From contig JAPDJI010000020.1 in assembly GCA_029259155.1 (NCBI GenBank), positions 67,572 to 131,571 on the forward strand: 64,000 bases of DNA, given 5' to 3'. Each line of letters starts with the position of its first letter. The first letter of the stretch is position 1. Under the pieces are notes generated by a model, which did no database searches, was not told the DNA's origin, and saw only the letters and a list, made by a program, of their open reading frames with translations. Source of the DNA: Candidatus Methanomethylicia archaeon. GTDB taxonomy: Archaea > Thermoproteota > Methanomethylicia > Nezhaarchaeales > B40-G2. Of the stretch, positions 48,336 to 58,108 are shown piece by piece. The translations under genes and the position numbers were made by a program.

Positions 48336-48743
48336 CTACTTCTTGTAGCCTTCCCGGCCGATCCTTGAAGACGGTATTAAGCCACTCCTCTCAAGCCTAC
48401 GTATCACCGATTTAACTCGGCTAGGCCTCTCATTAATCAACTTAGCTACATCTGAAGCTGAGAGGCTGGGGTTTCGCTGTAGGATGGAGAGCACCTTTAA
48501 CTCTAAGTCCTTCAAGGGCTTGAGGCCTGTAAAGTACACGGTCGCCACGTAGGCTCCAGAGACTAGGACCAGCGGCATCTTCCTACCGTCCCCTACGTCA
48601 ACGTCCTCCAACAAAACGTTGAGGAAGTCAGGGTCTATATTCGAGAGGGAGCCTTTCAACACTCTACCGTCGATCAGGTGGACCTCTACCACTGCGCCCC
48701 TCATTCCTTTAAGCTGCTCTAAGACCTCTAGCTTATCCTCCAA
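48336..48743 (-). CDS. Sm/Lsm-fold protein fused to a C-terminal winged-helix domain
   Basis: Sm1 V.V.L.DGR.LKG.L..ID...NVLL.DV and Sm2 LVSG..V, then KVL.IL..NP.LS.SDVAK.I......VKS.IRRLE..GLI. Confidence 0.7.
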   Translation of the reverse strand: MEDKLEVLEQLKGMRGAVVEVHLIDGRVLKGSLSNIDPDFLNVLLEDVDVGDGRKMPLVLVSGAYVATVYFTGLKPLKDLELKVLSILQRNPSLSASDVAKLINERPSRVKSVIRRLERSGLIPSSRIGREGYKK

Positions 48744-48817
48744 TATAGCTCCCCTTTACTAGGCTAGGTTCAGGTTTAAGCTGAGCGTGGCTTATAAGAG
48801 TACCTCCCCACATCAGC

Positions 48818-50296
48818 TTAGGAAGGGGGGCTGCTCGGCGTTAAGGATAGCTGAGCCCCCACGCCGTATTCCTGAGTAAGCCTCCTCCAGTACTCCAGGT
48901 TGTTTATGCAGCCAGGGTCCGGGGCCAGGTAGTCTCCGAAGTAGCCGTAAGCCCTCGCCCTACAGCCGCCACAGACATACTTATACTTACAGCTACCGCA
49001 GCTCCCCTTCAGCTTCTCCCTATCCCTTAAGTCCCAGAACACTTGGTTCGTATCCCACACCTCTGAGAAAGGCTCCTCCCTCACGTTGCCCACCGTGAGG
49101 GGGAAGAAGACGCAAGGCTGTATCTGCCCTTCAGGCTCGATAGAAGCATAGACCCTGCCAGCGCCACACCCTCCAACGAACTCGCTTAAGCCCTTAAGCC
49201 TTCCAGGCAGCGACATGTTATAGAAGTGGGTGGGCACTACCTCCACGTCCTCCAACGTCTCCGTCTGTAAAGCTACTCTTGCAAACTGAGGGGCAGTAGA
49301 TAACACAGTTAGCTCAGAGGGGTTTCGCAGCCTACTCCAAAGCTTCCTTAACACTTCTTCCCTCTCCAGCGGGGATAGGTCGTTCTCCATGATGAAGCGC
49401 CCCCTACCCGTAGGGACGAAGTTAAACATCATAAACCAGTTTACACGAAGCTTCTCGCAGAGGCCTAGGATTTGGTCGAGCTCGTTAAGGTTAAACCTGG
49501 TTATGGTACAGGACACCTCGACGAAGAGGCCTTCATCCACCGAGTTCCTAATCCCAGCAAGCGTCTTCTCGAAGGCTCCTTCAACCCCCCTGAAGCTATC
49601 GTGTGTAGCTGCGTTCGCACCGTCTAAGCTGATCTGCACGAAGCCTACGCCTGCTTCCTTAAGCTTCCTAGCCATCTCCTTCGTGATCAAGGTGGCGTTG
49701 GTGGCCAGCGCGGGGAAGATGCCGCTATCCCTCGTCGCCTTAACTATCTCGAAGAAGTCAGGCCTAAGCAGGGGTTCACCGCCCGAGAAGGCTATGGCGG
49801 CCACCCCCATGTCGGCTAGGTCCTCAACCACCTTTAAGGCCTCCTCAGTGCTAAGCTCGTTGGGCAGAGGCTTCCCCGCTGTGCTGTAGCAGTGTTTGCA
49901 GCGTAGATTACACCTCGCGGTTATGTCCCAAACTATGAGGAAAGGCGCGCCAGGCGTGAAGGGCCTCCTAACGCCATACTTCACTATGCCCTTAATGACG
50001 CTTACCAGCCCCCTCCTCCAGTAAGGGTCTTTAAACTTCTCCTTCATGGCCTGCTTCGAGGCCCCGAAGGCCTCTCCGCTCCTAGAGATAACCCTAGACA
50101 CCAGCGGGTGAGCTACATGTTTACAGAAGAAGCAGGCCTCGTCCCTAACCCCGCTGTAGAGCTCTAAAGCTACCTCTAGCCTGCTCTTACCGTCCCTCTT
50201 ACATTTAGAGGCGAAGCGCCGCAGGATGCTGCGGGTAAACCTGTTATCTATATATGATTTAAGCGCCTGGACAACCTGAGTTGTATCGGCGCTCAA
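48818..50296 (-). CDS. Radical SAM/SPASM domain protein with N-terminal extension
   Basis: CNLRCKHCY, FSGGEPL, GCGAGR, QPCVF and CGSC.Y...CGGCRARA...DPGC. Confidence 0.9.
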   Translation of the reverse strand: MSADTTQVVQALKSYIDNRFTRSILRRFASKCKRDGKSRLEVALELYSGVRDEACFFCKHVAHPLVSRVISRSGEAFGASKQAMKEKFKDPYWRRGLVSVIKGIVKYGVRRPFTPGAPFLIVWDITARCNLRCKHCYSTAGKPLPNELSTEEALKVVEDLADMGVAAIAFSGGEPLLRPDFFEIVKATRDSGIFPALATNATLITKEMARKLKEAGVGFVQISLDGANAATHDSFRGVEGAFEKTLAGIRNSVDEGLFVEVSCTITRFNLNELDQILGLCEKLRVNWFMMFNFVPTGRGRFIMENDLSPLEREEVLRKLWSRLRNPSELTVLSTAPQFARVALQTETLEDVEVVPTHFYNMSLPGRLKGLSEFVGGCGAGRVYASIEPEGQIQPCVFFPLTVGNVREEPFSEVWDTNQVFWDLRDREKLKGSCGSCKYKYVCGGCRARAYGYFGDYLAPDPGCINNLEYWRRLTQEYGVGAQLSLTPSSPPS

Positions 50297-50354
50297 ATTT
50301 AGCCATCCCTAGGGACAGAGACTACTCAGTGTCCAAGTATAAAAACTTGAATCG

Positions 50355-51305
50355 TCAGCTCCCTATTATCCGGACGAGCTCAGGCTCGCTCCTCACCTTC
50401 TTGAAGTCCTTATACTTGAGTAGGCCTTGCTCCTCCACCTTAGCCTCCTCCTTAACGATGGTTAAGCTTAAGCTATCGCTGACGTCAGCCATGCTCCTAA
50501 CCACGACGAGGCTGCGCTCCGTCCTCTTATCCAGCCTCTCACTAACCCTTATCAACATCCTGTTCCTGCAGCTCCTAGCTATGATGTTGAAGGGGGCCTT
50601 CTTGAAGGGGAAGGCCTCAAAGCCAAGCCTCTTAAACTTAAAAAGAACCTCCTTGACCAGCGAGTTTGCCTCGTAATCCTCCTCTACGCCCTCGCCTTCC
50701 TCAGGCTGAGGGGTAAGCAGGTTGATCGGAGAAGCTAGGGGGTAGTCTAGGACCTCCTGTATCCTCGCAGCCACCTCTAAGGTTGCGTCCATCGCTCCCC
50801 TCTCATACTCATATATGGCTTTCCTCGAAACCCCCACCATCCTGGCTAGGTCTCCAAGCGATAAACGCCTACTAACCCTAACCTCCCTCAGCTTCTCCCC
50901 ATCTATCTTTACGTAGTACCTCCCCACCTTAGAGTAGATGTAGGGGCCCTCCCCCTTAACCGCCTCTTTGAAGGTGCCTGGAGCCAGCGCTTTAACACCC
51001 ATCTTCTCATAAACCACCCCCTCCTCCATCTCCACGCCTCCCTTCTTAGCGCCGATGAAGAGAGGCGTAGCGGAGAGGGCTGAAGCTATCTTCTTGAGCT
51101 CTAAGCTAGTCCCCTCTGAGACCTTGTCCACGTCCTCCACGGTCTTAGCTACAACCAAGCTATCTTCACGTTTAGCCACGACGTCGAGGCTCGACCTCCT
51201 ACTATCAGAAGGGGTAGATACGCGGAAACCTCCATTCCTAAGTACCCGGAGGAGCTCGAGGAGCAGATTCTCCTGGTTAAGCTCGCTTACTCCTCGACTG
51301 GACAT
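50355..51305 (-). CDS. Archaeal Xre-HTH transcriptional regulator (COG1395-like)
   Basis: IDGEKLRE.R....LSLGDLA..VGVSRKAIYEYERG flanked by nuclease-like domains. Confidence 0.88.
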   Translation of the reverse strand: MSSRGVSELNQENLLLELLRVLRNGGFRVSTPSDSRRSSLDVVAKREDSLVVAKTVEDVDKVSEGTSLELKKIASALSATPLFIGAKKGGVEMEEGVVYEKMGVKALAPGTFKEAVKGEGPYIYSKVGRYYVKIDGEKLREVRVSRRLSLGDLARMVGVSRKAIYEYERGAMDATLEVAARIQEVLDYPLASPINLLTPQPEEGEGVEEDYEANSLVKEVLFKFKRLGFEAFPFKKAPFNIIARSCRNRMLIRVSERLDKRTERSLVVVRSMADVSDSLSLTIVKEEAKVEEQGLLKYKDFKKVRSEPELVRIIGS

Positions 51306-51372
51306 ACCCTATGTAGAGGAGGAGGTAGCCTCTATAAATGGTTTAGCCTTTAGGAGGCGAGGCTCAGCGGGG

Positions 51373-51855
51373 CTACCAGCTCCACAGCTCATCAGGTTCG
51401 AAGAGGCCGTCCGTGGCGAAGCCTATGATGGTTAACGTGCGTAGCCTACGCCTCAAAAGCTGCACCTGCGGCCTATAGATGTAGAGCGGGGTCTCGACCT
51501 TATCGTACTCCACCTCCTTCCCCTCGCTCAACACTCTAAGCGCTAGGTACGCCTCAGCCTTCCCCCCGCTAACCGAGAAAACGCCTGGGCCTAGGTCTAT
51601 GCGGCGTAGGAGGACTATGGGTAGCATGAGGCTCCGGTGGAGCTCCTTGGGGAGGAGGCTAGCTACTAGCTTCAGCTCCTCGCGGTCGAAGATTATCTCC
51701 CCTCCATCCCTAGCCTTCACCGAGGGGCTTTCCATGGAGAGAAGCTCGTCCAGGGACCTATACTCCTTGGGGAGGTGTTCGTTTATGCGCTCCACTTCGT
51801 GTTGGAGGAGGGCCTTGAAAGCCCTATCCTCGAAGCCCTCCGCCCTCCTCATCAA
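51373..51855 (-). CDS. DUF61/UPF0216 protein
   Basis: IN.HLP....L.ELL....P.V.ARDG....F..EEL, LPIVL and YRPQV motifs. Confidence 0.85.
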   Translation of the reverse strand: MMRRAEGFEDRAFKALLQHEVERINEHLPKEYRSLDELLSMESPSVKARDGGEIIFDREELKLVASLLPKELHRSLMLPIVLLRRIDLGPGVFSVSGGKAEAYLALRVLSEGKEVEYDKVETPLYIYRPQVQLLRRRLRTLTIIGFATDGLFEPDELWSW

Positions 51856-52550
51856 AGCCCTCCACCGGTGTAGGAGGCCAGGATCATAGCGTGGTCCTCG
51901 TCGTAAGGCTCTAGGTGGATCACCTGGACTATTTTGAAGCCTCCCTTCTCCAAGTTCTCCAGCTCTCTACGGTAGATCTCGGAGGGCTCCTTTGACACAT
52001 CCACGCTCCTAGCCTTTATAGCCATTAAGGCCCAGCCGCCCTCCTTAAGGAAGACCTTAGCGTTCTCCACCAGGATCTGGCTCTGGTTAGGCTGAGCCAC
52101 ATCCTGGTAGATCACGTCCACCAGCTCCACTAGGTGGCTGTAGAGCTCAGGCTGCCTAGCGTCAGCTAGGATGGCGATGACGTTTACTCTATGCTCAGCT
52201 ACCTTGGAGAGCAGCTCCCTCATAACGCGGGGGGCGAACTCCACCGCGTATATCCTTCCATTAACGCCGACGATGTCGGAGACGTGGGAGCAAGTAGTGC
52301 CTGAAGCTGCACCTAGGTATAGCACTTTGCATCCAGGCTTAATCGGCAGGGCCTCGAGGCCTTTAAGGATGGAGGCTGCCAGCTTAGACCTATAGGGGTC
52401 CCAGACGCGGTACTCATCGCCCCCCTTCCTGATCAAAGCCTCGCCGTACACCCTTACTCCAGGGGCAAGGTTTAACGTAGCCAGCCTATCTCCAAGCTCG
52501 TCCCTAACCCAGTACACGGCTTCGAGCTTATGTGGCTCAACTGTAGTCAA
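51852..52550 (-). CDS. flpA: Fibrillarin (C/D sRNP 2'-O-methyltransferase)
   Basis: VYGE, WDPYRSKLAA, LYLGAASGTT.SHVSD, DVAQP.Q and IKARSVD motifs. Confidence 0.97.
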   Translation of the reverse strand: MTTVEPHKLEAVYWVRDELGDRLATLNLAPGVRVYGEALIRKGGDEYRVWDPYRSKLAASILKGLEALPIKPGCKVLYLGAASGTTCSHVSDIVGVNGRIYAVEFAPRVMRELLSKVAEHRVNVIAILADARQPELYSHLVELVDVIYQDVAQPNQSQILVENAKVFLKEGGWALMAIKARSVDVSKEPSEIYRRELENLEKGGFKIVQVIHLEPYDEDHAMILASYTGGGL

Positions 52551-52596
52551 GCTTACACCAGCCTAAATTGTATTTCTACCTAGAAAAGGCTCTCGC

Positions 52597-53835
52597 TCAG
52601 CGCCTCTTCTTAGCCTTCCTACCGAGCCCCTTAGGCTTCTTAGGCTTAAACCTGGGCGCTGGCTTAGCTCTGGCTGGGGGCTTAGCGTAGACCTCCTTGA
52701 TCTCCTTGACCCTAGCCTCAAGGTCGCTCCTAAACTCGTCCGCCATGTACTCCCCCGTGAAGAAGTCCACGCGCGCAGCTATCGCCAGCTTACCTGCTAG
52801 GGCCCTAGCTATCTTCCCGCGCTGCCACCTAGGAGCCCTATGTATCTCAGGGCACTGGAAGATTATGCCGTGTTTAGGAGGCTTCGTCCCCGTCCTCAAC
52901 GCCCTAAACAGCGCCTTCTCTGCCCCTAGAAGCTGGATGGTGCTCGTAGGCATCTTAGCTAGCTTTTCAAGGCCGCCGGCGAGCGCTATGAGCCTCGCGC
53001 CCACGAGGGGGCCTACCAGGCCTTTAATGTTGGGGGCCACGTAGTCCATGGCTGACGAGATGTAGCTTTCCAGCGCCCTCCTAAGCGAGTATAGACCCAG
53101 CGTGACCGCGGCTAGGTCGCTTAGAGGCTTAACACCAGCCTCGTCGAGGTCAGCGCCTATGGAGGAAGCCGCCGCCTTAACCAGCGACGCTGCCTTGTCA
53201 GGCGAGAAGTCCAAGGATCTAAGGAAGTCTTCGCTCACCTTGTCCCTTGGGCCCACCTTGGCCACGAGCTTAACGAAGGCTTCATGGTCGGAGAGGAGGG
53301 AGTTGGCTTCAGGGAAATGGTAGCCATACCACTCACGGAGCCTCGACACAAGCAGGTTAATAACGCGGTCGAGCTCATCCAGCGCTGTAACCGCCTGAGC
53401 CACGAAGAGGTCCTGTTTCTCCACAGCCATCTTAACCTTAGACCTAGAGAGGCGGAGAGCCACGTCGTGGAGAAGCGAGGTGAAAGCCTTCTCCGAGGAG
53501 GCTACGCCCGACTCTAAGGCTAGCTCAGCCATCCTCCCCCTTAAAGCCTCAGCCGCGGGGTCAGGGATGGATATGGAGGTGGATAAGCCAGTCTCCTTAG
53601 AGATGTTTTTAGCTAGCTCCTCGTTCTCCAACACCAGCTTGCTGAAGCCTCTACGCCTAGCCTCCTCGCAGGCCGCTTTAACCTCGTCCACCAGCCCCCC
53701 TCTCTCGAGCACCAGCACCTTCTCAGCCATTAAACCAGGCTCAGAGGGGAAGAGCGATCTGTAAAGCACCTCTCCTCCACGGTCACATAGGAAAACCCCG
53801 AAGAAGAAGGGGACGAGGTGAGCTTCACTATGCAA
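52597..53835 (-). CDS. nop5: C/D sRNP core protein Nop5 (Nop56/58)
   Basis: RLREWYG.HFPE, APN...LVG..VGARLI, QLLGAEKALFR, PPKHG.IFQ and RGKIAR motifs. Confidence 0.96.
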   Translation of the reverse strand: MHSEAHLVPFFFGVFLCDRGGEVLYRSLFPSEPGLMAEKVLVLERGGLVDEVKAACEEARRRGFSKLVLENEELAKNISKETGLSTSISIPDPAAEALRGRMAELALESGVASSEKAFTSLLHDVALRLSRSKVKMAVEKQDLFVAQAVTALDELDRVINLLVSRLREWYGYHFPEANSLLSDHEAFVKLVAKVGPRDKVSEDFLRSLDFSPDKAASLVKAAASSIGADLDEAGVKPLSDLAAVTLGLYSLRRALESYISSAMDYVAPNIKGLVGPLVGARLIALAGGLEKLAKMPTSTIQLLGAEKALFRALRTGTKPPKHGIIFQCPEIHRAPRWQRGKIARALAGKLAIAARVDFFTGEYMADEFRSDLEARVKEIKEVYAKPPARAKPAPRFKPKKPKGLGRKAKKRR

Positions 53836-53941
53836 GCTAAACCCCGTTTGTAGGAGGCGAGGCGATTAATATAAGCCCTTTGCCTTCGCCCCCGCTCCTT
53901 CCTTCAGCTTAAAGGGGAGGGCTCAGCGTGAGATGGACCGC

Positions 53942-55498
53942 TCATCCACCTCCCATCGCCCCTAGCGACCCTGCCTCACCGCCCCCTTCAAGGCTGAGGG
54001 GAGGGGTTTGTTTAAGTTGACGCTCCTCCTCCACCATCCTTCTAAGCACCTCGCTCGGCGGTAAAGTAGCTTTAGCGGGGTGAAGCCTACGGTAGGTCTC
54101 CAGGAAAACGGGGAAGTCGAAGGGGGAGGACATACCTATGAGGAAGCCTACGTGGTCCCTTAAGCCCGAGACTAGGCTGGCGATCCTATGTTTAGGGTAC
54201 CCTGTAACCGATGAAACCTGGTCGTGGTCAGCACCGGCCATAAGCCTAAACACCACGTGGGTATTGCATTGGCTGAGCACAGCCTTCGACACGTAGGCAG
54301 GGCGCTGGGTGACTATGAAGAAGCCTACGTTAAAGCCTCCAAGCTGGCTTAGAGCTGAGACCAGCGAGCTCCAAGACCTGTCTGGGTCGCCGTACTTGGG
54401 GACCCCCGGCGCCATCTCAGGTGCGTAGAACTGAGCCTCCTCAACCACCACGCTAACCGCGAACTCCTCACCCCTCGACGCTATAGCCCTCGACGAGAGG
54501 TAGTCTATTATGGAGGAGGCTATCCTTTGATGCCACTCCACGCGGCGCTCCTTACTTAAATCCACAACCACCACCCTACTCCGCTTAACAAGCTCCACCA
54601 CGTCTAAAGGCTCCTCTGGAAGCTTTGAAAGCTCGCGGAGGACCATTTCGCCTCGGCTAAGCGCTGACTTAAGCTCAGCCGATATCCTCGAAGCGTCCCT
54701 AGAAACCTTCGACATGGCCTTCTCGTACAGGAGCTCGACGGGGCGGTCGTGTCTACGGAGCTCGTGTTTAACCTCGTCGAAGGCTTGAGCCAACACCTCC
54801 CCAGCCTTCCTCCGCCTATCCATGCCGAGCATGGACACGAAGGAAGCCCCGTCCAGGTCCCCTATAGACCTAAACATGGACCCATCCAGAACCAGCGCTC
54901 CAACCCCTTTAAGTGGAGGGCCGTACTCGCCGTACCTATCCAAGACGATGAACCTAGCCCCGAGCGACGAGGCGTAGGCTATGAGGTTCACCATGAAGGT
55001 TGTCTTACCGCTCCTCGTCTGGCCGTAGACCGCCACGTGGCCTTTAAACATAGAGTCCACGTCTAGCGCCACCGACACCCCTGAGTAAGGATCCCTACCC
55101 ACCTCAACCATCAACCCTCCGCCGCGCCTAAACGCCTTAACCTCCTCCTCGGAGGCAGCATACACCGAGCCACCCGTGAGAGGGGGGAAATCAGGCCTCT
55201 TAAACACCTTAACACCTTCCTCCTCGGCGAGGTAGCCTAGAGCCTCAGCCTTCATAACCACGACCTCCTGTTCACGTCCAAGCTTAATCCCACGCTTAGC
55301 CAGCGAAGCACCTATACCTAGAGGAGCCATCTCCGGGTTGACCGCTGAGCCCTCAAACACCCTACATAGCACAGGGGCCTTCACCAAGGGGTGGGTGTAG
55401 GTACAGTAGCTCCCCTTCGCCACCTTCTTGCCTTCGAGGAGCATGAAGCTGAACTCATCCACGCTCGTAGGGCTTAAAACAACGCCGACCTCCTCCAA
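53942..55498 (-). CDS. HerA/FtsK-family ATPase with N-terminal HAS barrel
   Basis: HAS barrel, HVAVYGQTRSGKT, LDRYGEY, VVEEAQ and VTQRP...SQCNT motifs. Confidence 0.85.
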   Translation of the reverse strand: MEEVGVVLSPTSVDEFSFMLLEGKKVAKGSYCTYTHPLVKAPVLCRVFEGSAVNPEMAPLGIGASLAKRGIKLGREQEVVVMKAEALGYLAEEEGVKVFKRPDFPPLTGGSVYAASEEEVKAFRRGGGLMVEVGRDPYSGVSVALDVDSMFKGHVAVYGQTRSGKTTFMVNLIAYASSLGARFIVLDRYGEYGPPLKGVGALVLDGSMFRSIGDLDGASFVSMLGMDRRRKAGEVLAQAFDEVKHELRRHDRPVELLYEKAMSKVSRDASRISAELKSALSRGEMVLRELSKLPEEPLDVVELVKRSRVVVVDLSKERRVEWHQRIASSIIDYLSSRAIASRGEEFAVSVVVEEAQFYAPEMAPGVPKYGDPDRSWSSLVSALSQLGGFNVGFFIVTQRPAYVSKAVLSQCNTHVVFRLMAGADHDQVSSVTGYPKHRIASLVSGLRDHVGFLIGMSSPFDFPVFLETYRRLHPAKATLPPSEVLRRMVEEERQLKQTPPLSLEGGGEAGSLGAMGGG

Positions 55499-55679
55499 CC
55501 CTCAGCCCTCAACGAGAAATCTAAAGCTAAAGCCCTTTAATCCTTGCTAGGCGACCCTTATGGAGGAAAACCGCGTCATAGACGCGATGAGCCGAAAAAC
55601 ACCCCTTAGAGCAGCGTCGACCACGAGTCAAGTTTAGGTTTAAGTGGAGGCGGCGAGGCACTAAATAGAGGAAGTCGAA

Positions 55680-56288
55680 GTGACCTTCTCCATCGTCGCC
55701 CTAGACAGGAACACCTCGACCCTAGGCGTCGCCACAGCCACCGGAAGCATCTATGTAGGTAGCCGCGTCCCACACCTCGAGGCAGGCGTAGGCGCCATCG
55801 CCACCCAAGGCCTCACCCAAACCCTCTACGGAGTAAAAGGGCTAGAGCTGCTCAAAGCAGGCTACACGCCTCAGGAAGCCTTACAGAAAATGCTTATGGA
55901 AGACCCTGGAAGAGAGCATCGACAGGTAATAATCATTGACGTGAAGGGTAGGAAAGCCGCCTTCACAGGCCTAGAAACCCCAAGCTTCAAGGGACACATC
56001 ATAGGGCAGGACTACGTAGCTGCAGGCAACCTACTCGCCAGTGAAAAAGTGGTAGAAAAGATGGTTGAAGCCTTCGAGAAAGAAGGAGACCTACCAGAAA
56101 AGCTACTCCGAGCGTTAAAGGCTGGAAGAGAAGCTGGAGGAGATGCCAGAGGAGAAAGATCAGCAGCCCTCATCATCGCGCCCTACAAGCCCAAAAACAG
56201 GCTAGCCCTAAAAGTAGACAACCACCAAGACCCCATAGGCGAGCTAATAAAGCTCTACACAGCCCAAACCAAATCTACTAAAATCTAA
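55680..56288 (+). CDS. DUF1028 Ntn-hydrolase-like protein
   Basis: TFSIVA.D, GVGAIATQ, AAGNLL, GGDARG.RSAAL and VD.H.DP motifs. Confidence 0.9.
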   Translation: MTFSIVALDRNTSTLGVATATGSIYVGSRVPHLEAGVGAIATQGLTQTLYGVKGLELLKAGYTPQEALQKMLMEDPGREHRQVIIIDVKGRKAAFTGLETPSFKGHIIGQDYVAAGNLLASEKVVEKMVEAFEKEGDLPEKLLRALKAGREAGGDARGERSAALIIAPYKPKNRLALKVDNHQDPIGELIKLYTAQTKSTKI

Positions 56289-56430
56289 ACAACCACCATA
56301 AGGGAAACCTACATTATTTGAAGGAGCCCACCCTTCTCCCGCAAGAAGCTAAACCAATAAACATTTTAAAGGGAACAGCCCATAACATGAAAGCAACAAA
56401 CGCCTGAAGACACCAGTATATAAACTTTCA
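56289..56430 (+). promoter_or_regulatory. Probable CRISPR leader
   Basis: Non-coding, A-rich ~140 bp with TTTTAAA and TATATAAA directly 5' of repeat 1. Confidence 0.55.
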
Positions 56431-56522
56431 GAATCTCATGAAAAGAGAGTTGAAAGGAGGTGGAGGTGGAGAGGGTTGATGAATACTACACGTTGAGAAT
56501 CTCATGAAAAGAGAGTTGAAAG
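56431..56522 (+). CRISPR. Orphan CRISPR mini-array: 2 identical 26-nt repeats GAATCTCATGAAAAGAGAGTTGAAAG and one 40-nt spacer
   Basis: Repeats at 56431-56456 and 56497-56522, ending in the archaeal GTTGAAAG handle; possible second spacer and heavily decayed repeat at 56523-56587. Confidence 0.85.
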
Positions 56523-56532
56523 ACTATAAGTA

Positions 56533-56961
56533 TTATAAGGATCTCTGGCTGAAGAGAGGGGTCGTTAGACCATGGCTTAGCTTGAGAGAGCCATCCTCTT
56601 GACTTCGAGGAGGGTTGACGGCTGGTTTAGGGAGTCTTGGGACGCTGCGTGGACTCTTCACGTAAACGTAAGCCCTTCTCAGGCCTTGAAGCGTGTAGAC
56701 GGCTTCCTCGACTCTTACGTAGGGGCTGTAGGGTTTGTCTTCGTACCAGTCGAGCTCTTCAAGCTCCTCGGTGAGGCCGAGCAATAGCGGGCCTTTGATC
56801 GTCGAGAAGGAGGCCCTTACCGCTATGGGTTATTTTGAGCCCTTGGAGCAGTGCTCCAAGTAACCTTTAAGCTCGGCCTGCGTGGGGTCCGACACCCTCC
56901 CGATCAGCTTTACTAATAGCTTGGGCAACTTCGATGAGCAGTAGACGAAAAGGTTAACCAT
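56533..56961 (-). pseudogene. Gamma-glutamylcyclotransferase (AIG2-like) pseudogene
   Basis: MVNLFVYC...LIGRV...AELKGY...*P...GLTEELEELDWYE...YVR...AYVYV; TAA at 56830-56832; ATG overlaps the end of the radical SAM gene. Confidence 0.7.
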
Positions 56962-58108
56962 GCAAGGCTCCTCTAGGCTTGCTTAGAGGGCAGGCTAGGC
57001 TTCCATGAGCTGCGTCGAACAAACAGCCTCCACAGGCCTCTTTAAAGCTACACTCGCTGCACGTTGGGCTTGGCTTGGGCAGTGGCTTAGATAGGAGCTG
57101 GTTTAGCCTCGACGACTTGACGTTCCCAAGTCTTTCCTGGAGGAAGGGGCAGCGTGTTAGCCAGCCCTCTGCATCCACGTATATCATCCCGCTCTTAGCT
57201 GCGCAGCCGCTGAACGCTAGCTTAAGGACCCTGTCGTCGCTGAGCCCCCTACGCTTCGCTAACCAAGCCCAGTAGTGTGGAGCGCCCACGGGGATTATCA
57301 ACGACTTAACCCTGCGCTGAAGCTCAGCCAGAGCTTCCAGGAGCTTAAATGACTGGCTTGGCATTAAAGCGAGGCTTCGCTGAGCCACGCCCCGCCCAGC
57401 TGGCTTAAAGAAGTAGATGAAGAAAGAGTGAGCGCCTAGCCTGCTGCCTAGCTCAACTACCTTGGGGACCTCGTGGAGGTTGAGCCTCGTCGCAGCCACG
57501 TTTAGGTGAAGGTAAAGGTCCTCGGCCACCGAGTTCCTCAGTCCTTCGAGGGCTCTTCGATGGGCTCCATCGACGCCCCTAAGCTTATCGTGCACAGACG
57601 GGGTGGCTGCGTCCAAGCCTAGAACCACGCCTACGTCGAGCTTGGCAAACGCTCTGGCTACGCGCTTGGTGATCAACGTGCCATTGGTGGCCACGAAGCA
57701 GTTGAGGCCTATCCGCCTAGCCTCAGCAATTAAGGCTAGTAGGTCGCGGCGTAGTAAGGGCTCCCCGCCCGAGAACACGAAGATGTCCACGCCTAAGTCC
57801 CAGGCCTGCCTCATCAACTTTACGGCCTCGCTAAACGATAGCTCGCCGGGTCTACGTGCACCGCCCACGGCGTGGCAGTAGATGCATTTGAGGTTGCACT
57901 CAGCCGTTGCCTCCCAGACGAGGTGGGGTGATGGGCCGAAGCAGCCAATATGCCTTGCACGCCCCCCTGCCTTCAAGGTCCTCCTAGCCCTCAAGATCCA
58001 TGAAGCGAAGCTTAGAGGCCTCCACTGCACTACGTAAGCGTGTAGTAACATAGTCGTTAATTGATGAAGCCTCAACGGTAGCTGCCTCGAGCCTAAGAAG
58101 CCGAGCAA
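56954..58108 (-). CDS. Radical SAM/SPASM protein (NirJ/AhbC-like)
   Basis: CNLKCIYCH, FSGGEPL, GCAA, RCPF and CSEC.F...CGGC motifs. Confidence 0.87.
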   Translation of the reverse strand: MLGFLGSRQLPLRLHQLTTMLLHAYVVQWRPLSFASWILRARRTLKAGGRARHIGCFGPSPHLVWEATAECNLKCIYCHAVGGARRPGELSFSEAVKLMRQAWDLGVDIFVFSGGEPLLRRDLLALIAEARRIGLNCFVATNGTLITKRVARAFAKLDVGVVLGLDAATPSVHDKLRGVDGAHRRALEGLRNSVAEDLYLHLNVAATRLNLHEVPKVVELGSRLGAHSFFIYFFKPAGRGVAQRSLALMPSQSFKLLEALAELQRRVKSLIIPVGAPHYWAWLAKRRGLSDDRVLKLAFSGCAAKSGMIYVDAEGWLTRCPFLQERLGNVKSSRLNQLLSKPLPKPSPTCSECSFKEACGGCLFDAAHGSLACPLSKPRGALHG

